Below, in pieces: positions 56,725 to 64,000 of a stretch of 64,000 bases of DNA. The DNA lies in NCBI RefSeq assembly GCF_009914755.1, contig NC_060928.1; one strand, 5' to 3'. Each line of letters begins with the position of its first letter. Within the stretch, counting starts at the first letter, position 1. This DNA comes from the human T2T-CHM13v2.0 reference genome, Homo sapiens. The notes under the pieces are model-generated. The model did not search any database. It had not been told where the DNA came from and saw only the letters and a list, made by a program, of their open reading frames with translations. A program made the position numbers and the translations under genes.

Positions 56725-56990
56725 GTTGGTCGGAACTCTTTTGGTTGAGGTATCAGAATCTATTTCTAACAGGAGAAAAAGAATGAATGTATTTGCTTAT
56801 GACATACTTATAGAGTATGTGAAGGAGAGGCGGCTTCATGCAGTGCTGATTTCAGGATATAAAACAATGCCATTAGAATTTTGTACCTCTCTTACCACCT
56901 TCCACTTTTTTCCCTCTGGGTGTTCTCCTTCTGATGAGTATTCTCCCTTGGCAGCTAAAATGTTCCCAGAAAACTATAGGCTTTTATAAT
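56725..56990 (-). mobile_element. Old MaLR LTR fragment (MLT1J/K-like)
   Basis: GGTCGGAACTCTTTTGGTTG...GCTTCATGCAGTGCTGATTTCAGG; weak similarity. Confidence 0.4.
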
Positions 56991-56991
56991 C

Positions 56992-57262
56992 TGTGGGAAG
57001 CAGAGGTAGGAGGATCACTTGAGGCCAGGAGTTCGAGTCCAGCATGGTCAATGTAATGAGACCTTGTTTCTTTAAGAAAAAAAATATATGTATATATTGC
57101 TGGGTGTAATGGCACAAATCTGTAATTCCAGCTACTCAGGAGGCTGAGGCGGGAGGATCTTTTGAGCCCAACAGTTTGAGGTTACACTGAGCAATAATAG
57201 CACCACTGCACTCAACCCTGGATTACAGAGCTAGAACCCATTTCTAAAAATAAAAATTAAAA
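56992..57262 (+). mobile_element. AluJ-like, 5' end missing
   Basis: GGAGGATCACTTGAGGCCAGGAGTTCGAG and GGGAGGATCTTTTGAGCCC. Confidence 0.9.
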
Positions 57263-57639
57263 TATGAATTATAAGAAAACCCAATTTACAAAATATAATC
57301 TTTGAGACACAAGGTCTCAGAAATTTGTAGATTCTCAATTTCCATTTCAACAGTTTATTTTACCAGCTTATCTGTGACTATTTTCCTTTACGAAATTTGC
57401 GAATGTTCAGTGTGAAATTGTCTTGCTCGCATATTATGTACCATTTCCTGCACCACTGAAGGGATTTGGACTGTAATGTACTCAAACTCAATATTTAAAG
57501 TATTTGAGTTTATAAGTACACAAGTTTAAATTTTGCATATCATAAATAGCCTTGTAAAAATATATAAATATATTTACATGTATGTATGTCATTAATAATA
57601 TCAGATGGAATTTAACAATCTTTAAAAGTTTCTTGTGCA

Positions 57640-57999
57640 TATGAAATAATAGTTCACAAATTGGGAGACCTCAAACTGAAAGTGCCAAGGAGTCCAGCTC
57701 ACAGCAGTTACAGCATAGTTTATGATGCATAAAGAATCTAATTTGTGATTGGCTGATATACGTTAACACTCTATTTAGGGCAAGTGGAGCTGTTTAAGCT
57801 GATTCATCTATAGCTGATTGATTTAATATCATCAAATGACACTGATAAGAATTTAAAGCTTATATTTTGTGTATTTTTTTTGTAATTGGAACTAACGTTT
57901 TGGGCAAATCGGAATGACTTAAGTTTTGATTATGCAGCTATAAACAGTTGACCTTGAGGTATATCTAAATTGTAGCCACCATTTTTATTTTTCTTTACA
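57640..57999 (-). mobile_element. Probable old ERV1-class LTR fragment
   Basis: Reverse complement begins TGTAAAGAAAAATAAAAATGGTGGC, with two CAATCA motifs (one CCAAT); family not assigned. Confidence 0.45.
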
Positions 58000-58865
58000 T
58001 ATGCTTATGTATTAATGTATATACACATGCATATATATATATACATATATACAGACACACACACAAATATAGGCACACACATGTGAATGTTCAAATTACA
58101 TTCCTGCTTATCTGAAAAGGTTGAAAACAGAGAAAAGTAAGTACCATTTTCTTAGCTTTTACCTCTTGAAATTTGTAAAGCCTCATAAATAACAGTCTTA
58201 TTTTTTCCTCCAAAGTTCAGAACCAAGTTAGAGATAGACAAAGACTCAGGAAAATGGAAACAAAACCACTCTTTCCATTACTGATGAAGTGGTGTATACT
58301 ATGACTTCAGTTTATAGGCAAAGAAGCCAAAGTTAGAGGCACTTATTAATAATTCCCTGGCCAAAGGCAGCATCATCCCTTACCAGCAGGAACAAAATCT
58401 GTCCTGGTCGTGTTGGTGCAAGACTAAGATTGAAGAAGAGAACATGTCCTAGCTGCCATCAAATGCAATTTATGGCCAGTTTCTTCACCCAAACTCACCA
58501 GTCAGGTAAATCATTCTTCCTTGTCCAGAAAGGAATAAAGAGAAGTCAGGAATATCACTATTATGAAGGTCCTACATAACATTAATATGATGCCAATGGA
58601 AGGTAGGTTCCATCTCAAGCTCACCACTTGTAAAGCAAAAAGCATTTAACATCTGAAATTGAAGTTAGTTGTCACCTAGTTCAAAACTCTCATTATGTAG
58701 CTTAGAAATCTGAAGTCCTGAGTTCAGAGATGATGTTTAAACTGGCAAAGAGAATAAGGGGTTTGAACTAAGAGTTGACTTTTTACTCACTTAGCCATTT
58801 ATTTATTTAGCAAATACTTACTGTACACTGTGAAATCAAATTCAACCCCAAGGATACAATATTGG

Positions 58866-61800
58866 ATATATATTATATATATAGGGTGTATATATAATAT
58901 ACATATTATATATATGGGGTGCATACATAATATATATATTATATATATGGGGTGCATATATAATATAAATATTATATAGGTTATATGTAATATATATTAT
59001 ATATAGGTTACATATATAAAATATAATATACAATATATTATATATTATATATAAACTATATATGTGATATATATTATATATAGGTGTATATTATATTATA
59101 TACATATATGTATATTACATATGCATATATGTATATTATAAATGTATATTATATGTGTATATATGTGTATATATGTGTATATGATATATGCATAATACAT
59201 ATATAAATATATGTAATATACATATATAATATATAGGTGTATATTATATGTGTATATTATATATAGGTGTATATTATATATATATTATATAATATATAGG
59301 TTTATGTATATTATATATAGGTGTGTATATATATTATATAATATATATACATGTATATATTAAATATTATATAGGAGTATATTATATAAGTGTAACCTAT
59401 AAACCTATATATAGCTTTATATTATATAGGTGTAAACTATATATTATGTATAGGTTATATATACGAAATATATAGGTTATATATATAAAATATATAATAT
59501 ATAACTTATATATGTAATATATATTATACAGGTTATATAAAATATTATATATAATAAATTAAATAATGTATTATATATTATTATATACTAATAACTAATT
59601 ACATATAATATATACAATATTATATATAATATATTATATAATATATTATATATAATATATTATATAATATATTATATATAATATATAACCTATATATAAT
59701 ATATTATATATATAACCTATATAATATATTATATATAAAATCTATATAGGTTACATGTATAATATATTATATATAAAGGGGATGTATACACACACAAATG
59801 TGCATATATGTATATACATGTATGTGTATGTGTATATATTATATATCTTATATAATATATAGGTTATATATAATATACCATATATTATATATGATATATC
59901 ATATATTATATATACCATATATCATATATATGATATATCATATATATTATATAATAATTATATATTATATTATATATTATATATCATAAATAATTATTAA
60001 ATATTGTAATATATTATGTATTATATACTATATGATTATACATTATATAATACATGATAATATATATAATATATATCATATATTTAATATGTGATCATAT
60101 ATATAATGTACATCATATATATAATACATGATCATATATATAATATATATCATATATTATATATATGATATATGATCATACATTATAATATATGATTACA
60201 TATTATAATATGTGATCATATATTATATAATTATATATAATATACCATATATTATAATATATGCTTATATGTTATATCTAATAATCATGTATTACAATAT
60301 ATGATCATATATTACAATATATGATCATATATTATATAATATATATGATTATTATAATATAATATAATATAATTATATATTATAATATATGGTATATTAT
60401 ATATAATTATATATTATATATAATATATAATTATATATAATATATTATGTATTATATAATTATATATTATATATAATATATAATTATATATAATATATTA
60501 TGTATTATATATTATATATTATATAAAATATATAATTATATATAATATATTATGTATTATATAATTATATATTATATATAATATATAATTATGTATTATA
60601 TAATTATATATTATATATAATATATAATTATATATAATATATTATGTATTATATAATTATATATTATATATAATATATAATTATATATAATATATTATGT
60701 ATTATATAATTATATATTATATATAATATATCATATGTTATATATAATTATATAATATATAACATATTATATAATATTATATATTATATAATATGTTCTA
60801 TATTATCTTTATATATTATCTGTTATATATTATATATTATATATTATATGTTATATTTTATATATTCTATATAATATCTATGATATATTATATATAAACT
60901 ATGTATAATAGTTATACATAGTTATATTATGTATAAACTATGTATAATATATATAATATATGTACATACACATACAGGTATATACATATATGCACAAGTG
61001 TGTATATATATATCCCCTTTCTATATAATAGATTATATGATATATTATATAATATATGATATAATATAATATATGTATGATATAATCTATTATATATGAT
61101 ATAATATAATATATATGATATAATATATTATATGTGATATAATATAATATATTATATATGATATGATATATAGTATATGATATGATATATTACATATATA
61201 TAATTATATATGACATATATATAATTATATATGATATATTATATATGTCATATATAATTATATATTATATATACATATATATATAATTATATATGATATA
61301 TATAATATATTATATATGACATATGTAACATATTATATATAACATATATAATATATTATATATGATATCTAATATATTATATATGATATATATAATATAT
61401 TATATATGATACATTATATATAGTACATATGATATATATTATATATGCCATAGTATATATAATGGTATATATAATATATATGATGTATATGACAGTATAT
61501 ATCATATATATTATATACTATACTACATATAATATATATTATATATACTATAGTATATATAATATATATTATATATAATAAAAAATATATTATAGATTAT
61601 ATAATATAAAATATATGTAATATTATATTATGTATAATATAATATATATAATTAATATAATATAATATTATATATATTATAATATATATAATATTATATT
61701 ATATATATTATAATGTATATAATATAATATTATATATATTATATATAATATTATATATGTTATATTATATATACATATACATAATATATAATATATAATA

Positions 61801-63750
61801 TATATTATATATTATGTATAATATATAATATATATATTATGTATAATGTATAATATATATATTATGTATATTATATAATACATATTATGTATATTATATA
61901 ATACATATTATGTATATTATATAATATATATTATGTATATTATATAATATATATTATGTATAATATATAATATATATTATGTATAATATATAATATATGT
62001 TATGTATAATATATAATATATATTATGTATAATATATAATATATATTATGTATAATATATAATATATGTTATGTATAATATATAATATATGTTATGTATA
62101 ATATATAATATATGTTATGTATAATATATAATATATGTTATGTATAATATATAATATATGTTATGTATATTATATCATGTATAATACATGTTATGTATAT
62201 CATGTATAATACATGTTATGTATATCATGTATAATACATGTTATGTATATCATGTAAAATACATGTTATGTATATAATGTATAATACATGTTATGTATAT
62301 AATGTATAATATGTTATGTATATCATGTATAATATATGTTATGTATAATATATATTATGTATATTATGTATAATATATATTATGTATAATATGTATACTA
62401 TATATTATGTATAATATATATTATGTACAATATATATTATGTATAATATATATTATGTACAATATATATTATGTATAATATATATTATGTATAATATATA
62501 TAATACATATTATGTATAATATATATAATACATATTATGTATAATATGTATTATGTATAATATATATTATGTATAATATATATTATGTACATTATGTATA
62601 ATATATATTATATATAATATGTGTAATATGTATTATATATATTATGTGTAATATGTATTATATATATTATGTGTAATATGTATTATATATATTCTTTATA
62701 ATATATTATATATTATGTATAATATATATAATATATATTATGTATAATATATATAATATATATTATGTATAATATATATAATATTTGTTATGTATAATAT
62801 ATATTATATATGTTATGTATAATATATATTATATATGTTATGTATGATATATATTATATGTATTATGTATGATATATATTATATATATTCTCTATAATAT
62901 ATATTATATATTCTGTATAATATATATTACATATATTATGTATAATATATAATACATATATACATTATATATAAAATATATTATACAGAATATATATAAT
63001 AGATATATTATATATAATATATATATAGTATATATAATATATTATATATATTATATATAATATATGTAATATATATATTATTTATATAATATATGTAATA
63101 TATATATTATTTATATAATATATGTAATATATATATTATTTATATAATATGTATAATATATATGTTATTCATCTAATATGTATAACATATATATTATTTA
63201 TATAATATGTATAATATATATATTATTTATATAATATGTATAAGATATATATTATTTATATAATATGTATAAGATATATAGTATATATTATATGTATATA
63301 AGATATATATAATATACTATATATGTTATATATTATATATAACATATATAATATATATATAATATATATATTATATATAACATATATAATATATAATATA
63401 CATATTATATATATATTATATAATATATATTATATATATATTATATAATATATATAATATATATATTATATATATATTATATAATATATATAATATATAT
63501 ATTATATATATTATATATGTTATATATAAAATACATATATTATATATATTATATAATATATAAAACATATATATTTTATATATTATATAATATATATAAT
63601 ATATATTATATAATATATTATATATAATATATATAATATATTATATATTATATAATATATTATATATAAATATTATATAATTACATATAATATATATAAA
63701 TATTATATATTATATAATTATGTATAATATATAATATATATATTATATAA
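58866..63750. repeat. ~4.9 kb AT-rich composite minisatellite / low-complexity (TA, TATAA) array
   Basis: Almost only A/T; successive sub-arrays with periods of about 14, 53, 23, 25 and 29 bp. Confidence 0.97.
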
Positions 63751-64000
63751 AGTGATGTTTATTAGGTATTAACTTACAATATCAGAAGTTCCCGCAATAG
63801 GCGGTCTGCAAGCTTGAGGAGCAAGGAGAGCCAGCCTGAGTCTCAAAACCAAAGAACTTGGAGTCCGATGTTTGAGGGCAGAAAGCATCCAGCACAGGAG
63901 AAAGATGTAGGTTGAGAAGCGAGTCCAGGCTTTCTCTTATTCATGTTTTTCTGCCTGCTTTATATTCACTGGCAACTGAGTAGATTGTGCCCAGCAGATT
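63744..64000 (-). mobile_element. HERV-L LTR, MLT2A1-like (runs off window end)
   Basis: TTTATTAGGTATTAAC...CAATAGGCGGTCTGCAAGC...AAGAACTTGGAGTCCGATGTTTGAGGGCAGAAAGCATCCAGCACAGGAGAAAGATG, homologous to the LTR at 11774-12307. Confidence 0.9.

Noticed and set aside
58842-59989. Ile/Tyr-rich ORFs
   Set aside because: Translations of the AT array

Overview
Primate (human-like) AT-rich, CpG-depleted genomic DNA that is intronic or intergenic. No protein-coding gene, RNA gene or CRISPR array can be supported. Nearly all ORFs in the track are Alu, L1, LTR or microsatellite translations. Recognisable content is repeats: 8 Alus, MaLR LTRs (MSTB x4, THE1D plus internal stub, MLT1), two ERVL MLT2A LTRs, LTR16, a MER1A DNA transposon, L2, MIR and L1MC remnants, and many micro- and minisatellites. 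Two structures dominate. (1) A full-length old L1MA (38031-47183, minus) with both TSDs, carrying two Alus and a twin-primed, 5'-inverted L1PA inserted in its 5'UTR. (2) A ~4.9 kb AT-rich composite minisatellite (58866-63750) at the TA tract of an MLT2A1 LTR, containing a 70-bp inverted repeat 1.1 kb apart. Weaker leads are an RFX/NF-Y/TATA promoter-like cassette at ~5.7 kb, a perfect DUX4 motif, several local duplications and one protein-like small ORF. Repeat family and subfamily names come from recalled consensus sequences, not a database search. I see no convincing novel multi-gene system.
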